Origin: a virus
IMG/VR virus record: IMGVR_UViG_3300017991_000064
Coordinates: 32,001-96,000 of that record
Length of the DNA: 64,000 bases
Strand: one strand, 5' to 3'
In this document: positions 8,160-18,633 of the stretch, one piece after another
How the letters are laid out: each line of letters begins with the position of its first letter
Position numbering within the stretch: position 1 is the first letter of the stretch
Made by a program: the position numbers and the translations under genes
The notes under the pieces: model-generated
What the model saw: only the letters and a program-made list of their open reading frames with translations
Told to the model about the DNA's origin: nothing
Database searches by the model: none

Positions 8160-9598
8160 TGATTATACACTATAGACCTCGTGAAGAAAGGTCAGCCATT
8201 GAGATTGAATCTCTAGATGACATGAAATGGTACACTATTATTGAAAATCTTTTAACCATAGAAACACCAAAGAATCGATTATACTTCATTAATCAAAGAG
8301 CACGTGAAAAGGCTGCAAAGCGAAAACAAAAGTATGAAGACTGGGATGGCAAGAGATCCTTGCTCAAGAATGCTACCTTTCCCTCAGGTTTATTCTATCT
8401 CATCGTTAGAACACTAGACAAAGCAGGAGCAGAATTTGAAACTAATGTTGTACTACCTAAACACTGTCAGTACAAACTAAGGTTGAACAAAGAGTTCTGT
8501 AAAACATTAAGGCCTGCACAAAAGAAATCTGTTAATAAGATTCTAGCTCTTCATGAAAAATGGGGTTGGACTCGAAAGGTTCTAAACATACCCATAGGGA
8601 TTGGCAAGAGTTACATCCTAGCTAATTTCACAAAGATCTTTCCAGGAACCACATCGATTCTAGTAGTAGAGAGTAGATCCCTGTATGAACAGTATTTAGA
8701 GTACCCTGAGATAGTAGAATTAAACACAACTGGAGTTGTTCATGGAAAAGTTAATCTAACGATGGTAGACTTCTACAGAAAGAATTTCGAAGAGATTACT
8801 ACCATTGATATACACTTCTTACTGCTAGATGAAGTCCACCTAGAAGAAATCAAAGGTTCAGTAATGAAGTGGCCTGTGAAATATCTAATCTGCGGAATCA
8901 TAGGGTCAACAGCTACCCTACCTGATGATCGAGGAGAATTGTTACAGGTCATGTCTTATATTTCATCTAGTGTTTTCAAATTACGATACACAGATGCCTA
9001 CGAAAACCCCCCAAGGGTTCTAATCATAGAAAATAAGAAGGTTCACCCCGATTACATGCCTAGGATGAAATACGCTAAATTGTATACCCTCTGGGCTAAG
9101 GATCCTCATCGAAACAAAGGTTTACTCAGGTTGATTAGAATGTATCCAGAAAAGAAATTTGTGGTGATCTTTGAGAAAGTAACTAATCACCTTCTGCCTG
9201 TAGCAAAGTACCTTTCGAAGAAAGGCGTCTCTCTTAATATCATCTATGGCAAAGTGAAACCCAAAGAAAGAATGAAACGACAGCAAGACCTTAGAGATGA
9301 TAAGGTACAGGTCTCCTTAGTTTCCGGTGTTCTCAAGGCCGGTATAGATATTGATCAGGCAGATGTCCTGGTATTCTTCGCCCCATACTGTTCTAAAATT
9401 CCAGTAATACAATTCTCTGGGCGCATTATAAGGGGGGACGATGAATCAATCTCTAAGAAGCTTATCGTGGATTTTTATGACAGCAAGTATAAGCATTTCA
9501 GGACCCATGGAATAAAACGAAAAAGAATTTACCAGCAACAAGGTTGGAAAATTGAGAAGATGAATTTGGAGGATATGAACCAATTAAGACTATGGTAG
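8159..9598 (+). CDS. Superfamily 2 helicase (UvsW-like)
   Basis: IPIGIGKS, DEVH, GSTAT, AGIDI and QFSGRIIR. Confidence 0.9.
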   Translation: MIIHYRPREERSAIEIESLDDMKWYTIIENLLTIETPKNRLYFINQRAREKAAKRKQKYEDWDGKRSLLKNATFPSGLFYLIVRTLDKAGAEFETNVVLPKHCQYKLRLNKEFCKTLRPAQKKSVNKILALHEKWGWTRKVLNIPIGIGKSYILANFTKIFPGTTSILVVESRSLYEQYLEYPEIVELNTTGVVHGKVNLTMVDFYRKNFEEITTIDIHFLLLDEVHLEEIKGSVMKWPVKYLICGIIGSTATLPDDRGELLQVMSYISSSVFKLRYTDAYENPPRVLIIENKKVHPDYMPRMKYAKLYTLWAKDPHRNKGLLRLIRMYPEKKFVVIFEKVTNHLLPVAKYLSKKGVSLNIIYGKVKPKERMKRQQDLRDDKVQVSLVSGVLKAGIDIDQADVLVFFAPYCSKIPVIQFSGRIIRGDDESISKKLIVDFYDSKYKHFRTHGIKRKRIYQQQGWKIEKMNLEDMNQLRLW

Positions 9599-9661
9599 AA
9601 TATAGTGATATTAAGCCTTTTAATAATAAATCCATTAAATCGAACCTAGAGAGGGTGAAAC

Positions 9662-10201
9662 ATGAAAGTATACTTGTATAGAATCCTAAACCTACCACGA
9701 AAGAAGTTTAATGAGTTTATCTACTCTATCAAACTCAGAAAGATAGGGCTGATAATTGCTAACTCAGATTCCTATCCTTACTTCTACTCAACTGTCGGTA
9801 GAAATGAGATTCTAAAACAAAAAGAGAAATGGGGGTTTTACTTTAAGCTCAAACGGATGAGGAAGGTAGATATCTCTCATGCCCAGATTTGGTTTAGGTC
9901 AATGCATCTTATTAGTGCAGGAGTAGAGTCAAATATATTACCTAAGGTAGTAATGAAAGCACTAGAAATACCCCTAAAGAGCCACGTTCTAATTACATTA
10001 AATGATCAAGCAGAATATGTAGGAGCTTTAATGCAAGTAGCTAGCAATAGTCTTACATTAGAACTGATAGGAGAAGAGGGTATTCATCTTGTTATACCCT
10101 ACAGAAGAATCATAGAACTATCAGTAGCACCAAAACAATTTGCTAAGAAGCTTGAAGAAACCCAAGCTAGACTTAGATACCTCAACGAAAATAAGGAGTA
10201 A
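9662..10201 (+). CDS. Hypothetical protein, possible C-terminal Sm/LSm-like fold
   Basis: HVLITLNDQAEYVGAL...LTLE...LVIPYRRIIELSV pattern. Confidence 0.45.
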   Translation: MKVYLYRILNLPRKKFNEFIYSIKLRKIGLIIANSDSYPYFYSTVGRNEILKQKEKWGFYFKLKRMRKVDISHAQIWFRSMHLISAGVESNILPKVVMKALEIPLKSHVLITLNDQAEYVGALMQVASNSLTLELIGEEGIHLVIPYRRIIELSVAPKQFAKKLEETQARLRYLNENKE

Positions 10202-10210
10202 TAGAACTCA

Positions 10211-11506
10211 ATGGAAGAAGTTAAACTTATCGTTGTGCTATTTTTGCTGATGCGAAGAAAGATTAAGGTCAGTCAGTACATCAGCAAGATTAGATTACTA
10301 CCAACCGAAATTCTCACAACAGAGTTCATAGAAAGTCTTCGAAAGAGTAATGCTAGGAAATTTCATGATCTCAAAACAAAATTCCTGGAGTACTATTCAA
10401 CCTGGGAATGGTACGATGATGAACTAGAAGTGAACTATGTAATAGTTAAAATGCGGAAGATGTACAAGAAGTACAGAAAACATTCCGATGATTACTTGCT
10501 TACCTTCGTAAAAGAAAAGTTCCAATCTTTAATTATCAACCATACTAACCAACAATTGCTAGAAGGTCATGATCTGGATAGACGATTCCAAATCCTTGAG
10601 CAGGGACATTCTTTAATCAAAGAATTTCGTGATGAGAAAAGAGCTAGGCAATCTCTAGACCTCAGTGATATGGAGCAGGTTAAAGCCTATGAAAAAGAAC
10701 TTAAGAGTAGGAAAGAAGAGATAGACTTCCGCATCAAAACTAAGTGGCCTACTCTGGATCAATACTTCTCTAATGGAACAGATCTTGGCTTAGCTTGTAG
10801 AAGGATCGTACTGTTATTCGGTATTGCTAAACGTTTCAAAACAACACTCATGTACAATGCTGCCCTAAGAGCTTATCACCAAGGATACAATGTTAGATTC
10901 TATACCCTGGAGATGTCTCTCGAAGATATCTTTGAGAAGAGCAAACTCATTGTTAATCCCATCGCGTTAGCCAAGGTAAAGAAAGATAAGGGAAGAAACA
11001 ACTTCTTCAAGGTCGAATACTATCCATCATACACCTTTGGTTTATCTAATCTTAACCAGGATCTTCAGAATGATAAGGATAAAGGGAATCCCACACATTG
11101 GGTTGGTATAGATTACATTGAGGTTATGTTTCATCGATTATTCACTACCCTTCGAAATTCGAGTGATAAGAGATTTGGAATTAATCAGCTCTACTACGGG
11201 CTCAGAGACTCAGTTAACTATTACAACTACATGCTCTGGACTATTTCACAGGCTAACAGAGGAGCAGTTAAGAAGAAAGGGAAGGCTGCAGAAAGTGGAG
11301 ATATCGCAGAAGATTGGTCTAAGGTGGCTGCTATCGATTACCTTCTCTCAACAAACCAAACACCTGACCAGAGAAAAGCCAGGATCATTATGTTAAAACT
11401 TCTAGAGTCTAGGTGGACAGATTGGGATAAACTCAAAACAGATGAGCTTTTCCTAAAGTATAAATCACCAACCCTTCTCTTCAAAGAGATTGTATCAAAA
11501 TTATAG
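10211..11506 (+). CDS. DnaB-like (SF4) replicative helicase
   Basis: GIAKRFKTT, YTLEMS, IDY, WTISQANR and a DIAED..K..ID motif. Confidence 0.85.
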   Translation: MEEVKLIVVLFLLMRRKIKVSQYISKIRLLPTEILTTEFIESLRKSNARKFHDLKTKFLEYYSTWEWYDDELEVNYVIVKMRKMYKKYRKHSDDYLLTFVKEKFQSLIINHTNQQLLEGHDLDRRFQILEQGHSLIKEFRDEKRARQSLDLSDMEQVKAYEKELKSRKEEIDFRIKTKWPTLDQYFSNGTDLGLACRRIVLLFGIAKRFKTTLMYNAALRAYHQGYNVRFYTLEMSLEDIFEKSKLIVNPIALAKVKKDKGRNNFFKVEYYPSYTFGLSNLNQDLQNDKDKGNPTHWVGIDYIEVMFHRLFTTLRNSSDKRFGINQLYYGLRDSVNYYNYMLWTISQANRGAVKKKGKAAESGDIAEDWSKVAAIDYLLSTNQTPDQRKARIIMLKLLESRWTDWDKLKTDELFLKYKSPTLLFKEIVSKL

Positions 11507-11518
11507 GAGTTAATTTCT

Positions 11519-12538
11519 ATGGACTCGGTAAAAAATCAAGGAGTATTCATTGTAGGAGACATGCATGTTGAGATTACTCAATATGCTTTCAGGGGTAGAA
11601 TCGTAGAAATGATGCAGAAGATTAAAGAACATGAGTGTAAGAGTGTGATATGTCTGGGAGATTTCTTCAACTCCTGGCTACTTAATAACGATTCGCTCCA
11701 GATGTTCAGCTACTATATAAAGATGATGAGTAGGGTAGTTGACCATATCTCATTCATTCAGGGTAACCACGAACTACCTAAAACAAAAGAATTCACACCG
11801 ATCTTTGAAGTAATGCATACCTTGTTCCCCCAAATGAGCACTACTCTAACCTGGCATACTACACCTAGTTCTACATTCTCACACCCCAACCATAACCTTT
11901 ACATTATACCATTTTCTAAAGAATTAGACTACAACTTTCTAGAGAAGCAAGTAAAGGGTAGAATCGTTCTAGGGCATTTTGATATTAAACAAATTCGAAG
12001 AATTAGAAAGATGTCACCAAAGTATATTATCAGTGGACACTACCATACTCCCCAGAAGTTCAAGGGAGGAATGATTCTTGGTAGTTATGTTCCTATAGAA
12101 TTTGATCGGGACTACGAAGGAAAGAACTATTACGCTGTAATTAAACCGGATAACAAAATTAAGATCCGCTCATTTGAACATCAGATACAACAGAAGATTG
12201 TAGAGGTTAATGATAACGATGATGTAAAGGATCTCCTAAAAGAGCAGAAGAAACAAAAGAAGCGAGAAAAAAGAACACCCCGTGAGTTGGTTAAGGTGAT
12301 AGTTACTTCTAAGTCAGTTTCTCATGATGCTCTTAGTAGATTACTTTCTGAGAATGGATGCTCTAGAATTGAGTTTGATACCAGTGCTGAGATATTTCCA
12401 GAAGGTACCATACAAGAATTATACGAGAAATTTCTAGTCGACAAAGACCTCTTAATGAAAGTGAATCCAGGTCTTTATAGTGCTGTGATTTCTTCATTAG
12501 AACAATATGTAGATCCGGATGAGAATGATGATGACTGA
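11519..12538 (+). CDS. Mre11/SbcD-like nuclease (T4 gp47-like)
   Basis: Metallophosphoesterase motifs GDMH, LGDFF, GNHE, GH and SGHYH. Confidence 0.88.
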   Translation: MDSVKNQGVFIVGDMHVEITQYAFRGRIVEMMQKIKEHECKSVICLGDFFNSWLLNNDSLQMFSYYIKMMSRVVDHISFIQGNHELPKTKEFTPIFEVMHTLFPQMSTTLTWHTTPSSTFSHPNHNLYIIPFSKELDYNFLEKQVKGRIVLGHFDIKQIRRIRKMSPKYIISGHYHTPQKFKGGMILGSYVPIEFDRDYEGKNYYAVIKPDNKIKIRSFEHQIQQKIVEVNDNDDVKDLLKEQKKQKKREKRTPRELVKVIVTSKSVSHDALSRLLSENGCSRIEFDTSAEIFPEGTIQELYEKFLVDKDLLMKVNPGLYSAVISSLEQYVDPDENDDD

Positions 12539-13262
12539 GAGAATCAAGGGAGATCCCTACGCTAAAAAGTATAAAGTACGATTATCTCCAAAACAGGTGG
12601 CAGATATTGCATCGCAGTATAAGGAGAGAAAGAATATCCACCATGTTTCAAAACTATTGATTGAGGCCTATCATTTCTTTCTGTTAAAATGGGCTCGATA
12701 TTATGCTAACAAATTTCAAGGAGATGCTGCTATGTCTATAGAAGATTTTATGCAGGAGGGAAGAATAGCTCTTATACTAGCCCTAGAGAAATTTAATCCC
12801 GAGAAGGGAGCTTTTACCACAATAGCCTACTACTATGTTCGGAGGAAAATGAAAAGATTCCTTCAACAGAATGGTCGTAAAGAACACTATAAACGAAGTA
12901 AAGTTTATCAGAAAACCATTATCCCCATGAAGTTTGATGAAATTGATTTTATTAACTTTCCCGCTAGCTACGAAGCAGACAGTTTTGAACAGATTGAAAC
13001 CAAAGTAGACCAGGAAAATTTGTTAAGAGTAGGATTCTCAATCCTAACCAAGAGTGAAAGATATCTAGTAGAAAAATACTTCTTTGAAAACAAATCTCTT
13101 AAAGAGTTAGCATATATTTATGGAGTAACCAAAGAGGCGATTAGGCAAAGAAAGATAGTTATCTTAAACAAACTAAGAGAAAGAATCCAGGAGGTGTATC
13201 CAGATGAACAAGGAATTGAGGGAAGGATTGCAACAGAGAAGAAGAAAAAACGTACTAACTGA
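12519..13262 (+). CDS. Phage sigma70-family RNA polymerase sigma factor
   Basis: Region 2 EDFMQEGRIAL..ALEKFNPEKGAFTTIAYYYV and region 4 LTKSER...SLKELA..YGVTKEAIRQ. Confidence 0.9.
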   Translation: MRMMMTERIKGDPYAKKYKVRLSPKQVADIASQYKERKNIHHVSKLLIEAYHFFLLKWARYYANKFQGDAAMSIEDFMQEGRIALILALEKFNPEKGAFTTIAYYYVRRKMKRFLQQNGRKEHYKRSKVYQKTIIPMKFDEIDFINFPASYEADSFEQIETKVDQENLLRVGFSILTKSERYLVEKYFFENKSLKELAYIYGVTKEAIRQRKIVILNKLRERIQEVYPDEQGIEGRIATEKKKKRTN

Positions 13263-13923
13263 ACAACGAGTATCTCATCTTACACAGATGGAAGATATTC
13301 TTTCCCACAGAAAAGCAGTTCAGCACGTAGCAGACCATCTTATTCACTTCTACCTTAATAACAACGAGGTAGGTCTAGCTCTAGCTATAGGGAAGAGAGC
13401 AGCAGAGCATGATGCAAGTAAGTTCGAAAAGGATGAATACCTAGGAATGTGTTCTGACACCAGAACCATTGCTCAGATGGGTGATGATGACAAGGGAGTA
13501 AAGATCGATCCTTGGAAAGCAATGGGTCCAGAAAAACGAAAGGCCGTGAGACTCCACTATCAAAGAAATCGACATCATCCAGAACACTTTCCGGGTAACA
13601 GGTATGAAACAGACATGACCCAGTTGGATGTTATTGAAATGTGTATAGATTGGTATGCTAGATCTATTCAATTCAATAACAATCCTATCGAGTTTCTTGA
13701 AATAGTTAGGAACGATCGCTACAACTTCTCAGATGCCTTCTATGCCAAAGTGAAATCATGTCTGGAGTTAATAGAGGTTTTAATCTCAACCGGAATAGGG
13801 AAGGATCATCGAGCTGACTTTTGTGAAACAGAGGTGGGTGAAAAGATATTCAAGAAATTCGAGACTTTCAAACGAAGTTGTAAACTAAGAGAAAGGAGGC
13901 CAAGGCGTCATGTCCACAGATAA
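13204..13923 (+). CDS. HD-like phosphohydrolase (DUF5662-like)
   Basis: H..AV, HDASK, HY.RNRHHPEHF and EMCIDW motifs. Confidence 0.7.
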   Translation: MNKELREGLQQRRRKNVLTEQRVSHLTQMEDILSHRKAVQHVADHLIHFYLNNNEVGLALAIGKRAAEHDASKFEKDEYLGMCSDTRTIAQMGDDDKGVKIDPWKAMGPEKRKAVRLHYQRNRHHPEHFPGNRYETDMTQLDVIEMCIDWYARSIQFNNNPIEFLEIVRNDRYNFSDAFYAKVKSCLELIEVLISTGIGKDHRADFCETEVGEKIFKKFETFKRSCKLRERRPRRHVHR

Positions 13924-14557
13924 ACTTCAAAAGCAACTACTTGATAGGGCTATAAATGAAACCATTAATCAAGAAAAACTAGAGGGGAATAATCCATCCG
14001 CCTTGACCAAAGAAAAGCAAGAGGAAGCAATTACGAGACTAAAGGAAGCTCAGGAAGCATTAGCTCAGGATGAAAATTGGAGAGCTATGACAGAAGAAGA
14101 AAGCAACACCTGGGTAAATTGGTGTAATATCCTGGTGCCTAATAACATCAAAGAAAGCACACATTCCTTCTTTCTCAGGGGTATGAGTGAAGCCTTCGGT
14201 GAGCTGGCTCCCTCATTTAACATCTCAATCAACACCTTCCCCCAGAGGCTGTTAGAAGAATTTGGTTTGAAGAATATCAAAACAGCCAGAGATCTGAATA
14301 AGAATGCTGACCCTGGAGTTACCTACAAGAGTAAGATTATAAAGCTTGATCTAACCAGAACAGGTAACTCCAACCGTAAGACTACCTTTCAATCCAAGTG
14401 GAAAAATGCTCTTATTAGAGAGGTACTAAAACAAGATGCCCTTACAGAGATGGTAGTTCTTACGTGCATCTACGAGTATCGCCAGCAGTATCTAGGTTAT
14501 CTACCTAACTACATACGCTACATGGTGGAAGGGTACTTTCCCGAGGTAGCAAAGTAA
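13910..14557 (+). CDS. Hypothetical protein
   Basis: ORF with an RBS in an operon-like arrangement. Confidence 0.55.
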   Translation: MSTDKLQKQLLDRAINETINQEKLEGNNPSALTKEKQEEAITRLKEAQEALAQDENWRAMTEEESNTWVNWCNILVPNNIKESTHSFFLRGMSEAFGELAPSFNISINTFPQRLLEEFGLKNIKTARDLNKNADPGVTYKSKIIKLDLTRTGNSNRKTTFQSKWKNALIREVLKQDALTEMVVLTCIYEYRQQYLGYLPNYIRYMVEGYFPEVAK

Positions 14558-14569
14558 AAGGTCATATAA

Positions 14570-16186
14570 ATGAAGCTATTGAGTTTGAAGATAAAGAATC
14601 TGAAATCAATTTCAACCCTCTCAATGAAATTGAAAGATGGTGTGACATTGATTGTAGGTGACAACAAGATAGGGAAGACATCAATTTTTCAGGCTATAAT
14701 GTTTGCAATCTATGGTGGTGTGAAGAAAAATCTCATTCGTCATGATCAAAAGCTCTGTGAATTAATGCTAGAGTTTGAACATGACCACCATCACTACAAG
14801 ATTCAACGAACATTCTACAACCGGAAAAAATCATCTGATGCTTCCTTATGGATCGATTCAATGGATGAGCCCTATTCATCCAGTACGAAAGTAATCAATG
14901 GTCTCGCTAAACAAAGATTCCACTTCTTCAAACTCTTTGGCTTTATCTACTATACTAAGGTTAACACCTGGTTAGTAGAACAGAAAATGAAAAAAGATCA
15001 ATTTCTTTTAGAACTCTTTGACCTGGACTGTATCAGTCAATTTGTTAAAGAGGGAGAATCCCACATACGGAAGTTCAGAAAAGATATTCCAGAGTGGTAC
15101 TTTGAATTTGATCCTGAAGAAAAACGAATTGAACTAGATGAGGCAAAAGAAAAGAGAGAAAAGTATACTGTGGCTCTAAACAAACTAGATCAGAAAATCA
15201 GTACACTAGATAAACTTCAGGCTAAGATTAAGTTCTATCGAAAACAAACTGAAGGGAAAGAAGTTGTAAAACCTGAAATGATCGAGGAGCTAGAAAATAA
15301 GTTGGAAGATGTCCAAAAAGAAATTGGCGCTATCAATCACCTAATGAAAGCCAAGAGTAAGATTCTGAATTTCACAAAATCCTATGACTCAGAGAACACC
15401 TGTCCACTTTGTCACTCAACAGTAAACCTAAAGAAGGTAGCAAAAGCAATTAAACAAGATCTGGCACAGTTAGAGGAGAAGGAGGAAGAATGGGAAAAGG
15501 TCAATGATCAAATTAATGAAGCTCTCAAGAAAATGATCACAAGGGATGACCTACCAGAAATTACGAAAACACAACTTAAAAAGAACCTTGATACCCTTCC
15601 TCTTCGTCAAAAAAGATCCAAGCTCCGCGAAAGAATGAGTCCCAACTCTGCCATAATTAGTTCTATAAAGGACGAGTTATATGCCCACAGAAAGATTCAA
15701 CGTCGGATAGAGGAGTCTAACATCAATGAGCTTGAAACCTCGGTGCAATCGCTATCAAGTACCATCAAGGTAATTAATGATACAATGAAAGCCAACCTCG
15801 TTAATATGATGAACGAATTCATGTTGGTAGCATATGAGGGTAATAGCTCTATACATCTTATTGATGGTCAACTCTATTTAGAAAACAGCAGAGGAGAGAA
15901 GATTGAGTTTGATGAGATGAGTGGAGCCAATAGCGAGATAGAAATTGTAATCTTTATCTTTGCTACATCACTGAACATTATTACAGGAAACAGAGTACTT
16001 ATAATGGATGAGCTCTTTAATACCCTAGATAAGAAAACTTTTCCTAGAGCGGTGAACCTCATCCAGTATGTTACCAAAAAGTACTTAACTCAACTCTTCA
16101 TTATCTCACATCGCAATGATTTTGAATATGACCATCTATTCACCAAATCAAAGAAAAGAGATAAGTGGGGATATATTTCTAACTAA
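14570..16186 (+). CDS. Rad50/SbcC-like ATPase (T4 gp46-like)
   Basis: GDNKIGKTS, coiled coil with CPLC zinc hook, MSG signature, IMDE and IISH. Confidence 0.92.
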   Translation: MKLLSLKIKNLKSISTLSMKLKDGVTLIVGDNKIGKTSIFQAIMFAIYGGVKKNLIRHDQKLCELMLEFEHDHHHYKIQRTFYNRKKSSDASLWIDSMDEPYSSSTKVINGLAKQRFHFFKLFGFIYYTKVNTWLVEQKMKKDQFLLELFDLDCISQFVKEGESHIRKFRKDIPEWYFEFDPEEKRIELDEAKEKREKYTVALNKLDQKISTLDKLQAKIKFYRKQTEGKEVVKPEMIEELENKLEDVQKEIGAINHLMKAKSKILNFTKSYDSENTCPLCHSTVNLKKVAKAIKQDLAQLEEKEEEWEKVNDQINEALKKMITRDDLPEITKTQLKKNLDTLPLRQKRSKLRERMSPNSAIISSIKDELYAHRKIQRRIEESNINELETSVQSLSSTIKVINDTMKANLVNMMNEFMLVAYEGNSSIHLIDGQLYLENSRGEKIEFDEMSGANSEIEIVIFIFATSLNIITGNRVLIMDELFNTLDKKTFPRAVNLIQYVTKKYLTQLFIISHRNDFEYDHLFTKSKKRDKWGYISN

Positions 16187-16272
16187 ATCATAGGTGCCAG
16201 GATGAAAATTTGGTACCGCTATTGAATTTGTTTACCATTATAGTAGAATCCCAAAAGGTTAAATCTCCACGA
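16186..16272 (+). repeat. Dispersed ~78-bp intergenic element, copy A
   Basis: TGCCAGGATGAAAATTTGGT...AAATCTCCACGA. Positions 16186-16226 are identical to the reverse complement of 55627-55667. Confidence 0.85.
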
Positions 16273-16295
16273 AAACTTTTATAAGGAATGATAAC

Positions 16296-18185
16296 ATGTA
16301 TATAATCAAGAGTAAGAAGGGTTACCAAAGATTGGTCCCTAATGTAGAAATTGAAGAATACTTCTCGGAAGATTATTTCATAGGTAGAAGTACCAAACAA
16401 GGGAAACATATATTTCCTGTTTGGCGAAAAGCTTTGAAAACTATCTTCAGTAAAAAGCGTGGTAAAGACCTCATTGAGGTTATTGCTACTGGAGCTATTG
16501 GTTCGGGGAAGTCCACTCTAGCTATAATAGGATCATCTTTCATACTCTACAAACTTTTATTATTAGAAGATCCACATGATACCTTTGATATGATCAGAGG
16601 TCAACCTATCTTCTACCTATTCTTCAATGTAACAATGGATGCCAGTGAAGAAGGAAACATTCTGGCCCTAGGGAACCTTATACATGAAGCTCCTGTTTTT
16701 AGGGATCTAGGGGTTAGGTTTTCGAAGAATACGAAATACCCAAAACCCATCTTCCCTAAGAATATTCTACTAGCTCCCGGTTCTATGTTTGCTAAAGGTT
16801 TCGGGGCTGTTGGTAAGAATGTCATTAGCGGAATGATGGATGAGGTGAATGAATCTGATACAGACAAGAAACAAAGAAAGGCTCTCTTCACACAGAAGCG
16901 GGCATTGAAAATGTATAAAGCTATCATACGGAGAATGAAATCAAGATTTTTTGATGACCCTGATCAACCCTTCCTTAGGTACATTAAGCTCTTTCTCATT
17001 TCATCCAGACAAGAGAAAGACAATTTCCTTGAGGATTATATCGAGAAGGTAAAAGATAAGAAACATGTTATCGTTTTTGATTTCCCAGTTTGGGTAGCAA
17101 GATCCAAAAAGAAACTATGTGGGGATACATTCCATGTAGCAGTTTCTCCATTCATGGATCCCATGATAGTAAAGAAGAAGAAAGAAATTCCTGATGTTGA
17201 TGGAATCAAATCATATGAAATCCCTGTAGAGTATCTTCCAGCATTTGAACTAGATGCTCTATCCGCCCTTGCTGAGATAGCTGGTGTTAGTGTAAACAGG
17301 ATGAGGACCAGATTCTTTAGAAATAGAAAACTCCTCAAGGCTTCTTTCACAGAACGTCCTATCAATAGAGATATTCTAGAACTTTCTCTCTATGATGCAA
17401 TTCAGGTAGCATCATGTTTTAATATTAAGGAACTGATGAAACTCCGTGGACAAGCTATGACAGTACATATTGATGTTGGTTTGACTGGGGATAGATTGGG
17501 CATTGGTGCTGCTATGGTGGAATCATTCAAGCACCTAACTGTTTCTCCAGATGAGGAAGAGAAGTTAAGATTACTAAAAACAACTCTAGATCAAGAAAGC
17601 GATAGTCCTGTGGATGAGAAGAAACCAAATGAAGTACATGTACCTATAGTTCTAGTTCCCTTTGCTCTAGGTATTCAAGCTAAAGATGAGATTCCCCTAT
17701 TTAAGATTCGTGACTTTCTCTTCTTCCTCCGTGATGATATTGGAATACACTTCATCGAGGTAACTACTGATGGTTATCAATCTCGTGACCTACGACAGTT
17801 GTTAACAGTAGCTAATATTCCAAACAGAGAGTTATCCGTGGATAGAACGATGTCACATCATACAATCTACAGGACATGGGTCTATATGGGATTAGTAAAG
17901 AAAGTGAAGAATAGAATGCTATGGAAGGAGGAAAAAGAGTTACTAGAGTTGATGACAGATGCAAAGATTGATCATCCCGATGGAGGCAGTAAGGACCTTT
18001 CTGATGGAGTAACTGGAGCTGTAGCAAATCTTTTAATACAGAAACAGAGTAGAATGAACATGAGTCCACAGGCTAGGAAGGATCTCTACAGAATGATGCT
18101 AAACCAAGGAAGGTCAAAGACCACAGGATTGATGGATATGATGAGGCCCAAAAGGGGTGGTAACCCATTAAACTATAAAAAATAA
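16296..18185 (+). CDS. Terminase large subunit
   Basis: GAIGSGKS, MDEVN and LISS in the ATPase. HIDVGLTGD, DGYQS and KIDHP.GGSKDLSDG in the nuclease. Confidence 0.9.
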   Translation: MYIIKSKKGYQRLVPNVEIEEYFSEDYFIGRSTKQGKHIFPVWRKALKTIFSKKRGKDLIEVIATGAIGSGKSTLAIIGSSFILYKLLLLEDPHDTFDMIRGQPIFYLFFNVTMDASEEGNILALGNLIHEAPVFRDLGVRFSKNTKYPKPIFPKNILLAPGSMFAKGFGAVGKNVISGMMDEVNESDTDKKQRKALFTQKRALKMYKAIIRRMKSRFFDDPDQPFLRYIKLFLISSRQEKDNFLEDYIEKVKDKKHVIVFDFPVWVARSKKKLCGDTFHVAVSPFMDPMIVKKKKEIPDVDGIKSYEIPVEYLPAFELDALSALAEIAGVSVNRMRTRFFRNRKLLKASFTERPINRDILELSLYDAIQVASCFNIKELMKLRGQAMTVHIDVGLTGDRLGIGAAMVESFKHLTVSPDEEEKLRLLKTTLDQESDSPVDEKKPNEVHVPIVLVPFALGIQAKDEIPLFKIRDFLFFLRDDIGIHFIEVTTDGYQSRDLRQLLTVANIPNRELSVDRTMSHHTIYRTWVYMGLVKKVKNRMLWKEEKELLELMTDAKIDHPDGGSKDLSDGVTGAVANLLIQKQSRMNMSPQARKDLYRMMLNQGRSKTTGLMDMMRPKRGGNPLNYKK

Positions 18186-18198
18186 CAGGAGGAACACT

Positions 18199-18633
18199 AT
18201 GGATGACATGACTAAGGTAAAGGAACCCAAAGACATTAATGACACAGAGAACACAGATGATCTTCTCACAAAGGAAGACCTAGCTAAGGAATGTAATGAG
18301 GAACTCTGGGCACTGAAACTGGTGACTGGGGAAGAAGTTCTAGCCAAGGGGTACTGGAAGGTACCTAAGGAAGGGCTCAATTCAATCTTCATTATTACGG
18401 GATCAATGGTAAGGTTGATGGCTAACCCAGTCTTGGTCAGAGGAAACCTAGCTTTTCAAAAGACTTATGTACCGTGGGTACACGAAGCTCACACGCAGGA
18501 GATTAATTCCTGGTTCGTAATCTCTTCCAACAATCAAGTTTCTAAGAAGGCCACTGAACAGTTCTACAAAACTACAACCGGTCTCAGTATTCATGGTACC
18601 AATGAGATTCCATCCAATGGGGGTCACCAATGA
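18199..18633 (+). CDS. Hypothetical protein, Sm-like phage domain
   Basis: LKLVTGEEVLA...NPV...PW pattern, as seen in T4-like phage Sm-like proteins. Confidence 0.4.
   Translation: MDDMTKVKEPKDINDTENTDDLLTKEDLAKECNEELWALKLVTGEEVLAKGYWKVPKEGLNSIFIITGSMVRLMANPVLVRGNLAFQKTYVPWVHEAHTQEINSWFVISSNNQVSKKATEQFYKTTTGLSIHGTNEIPSNGGHQ

Noticed and set aside
14086-14100. CAGGATGAAAATTGG resembling the 5' part of the dispersed element
   Set aside because: Short, one base off, inside a coding region, and lacking the rest of the element; probably chance.
16188-16409. 73-aa minus-strand ORF over repeat copy A
   Set aside because: It is antisense to the terminase start, has no RBS, and is not preserved in the other repeat copies.
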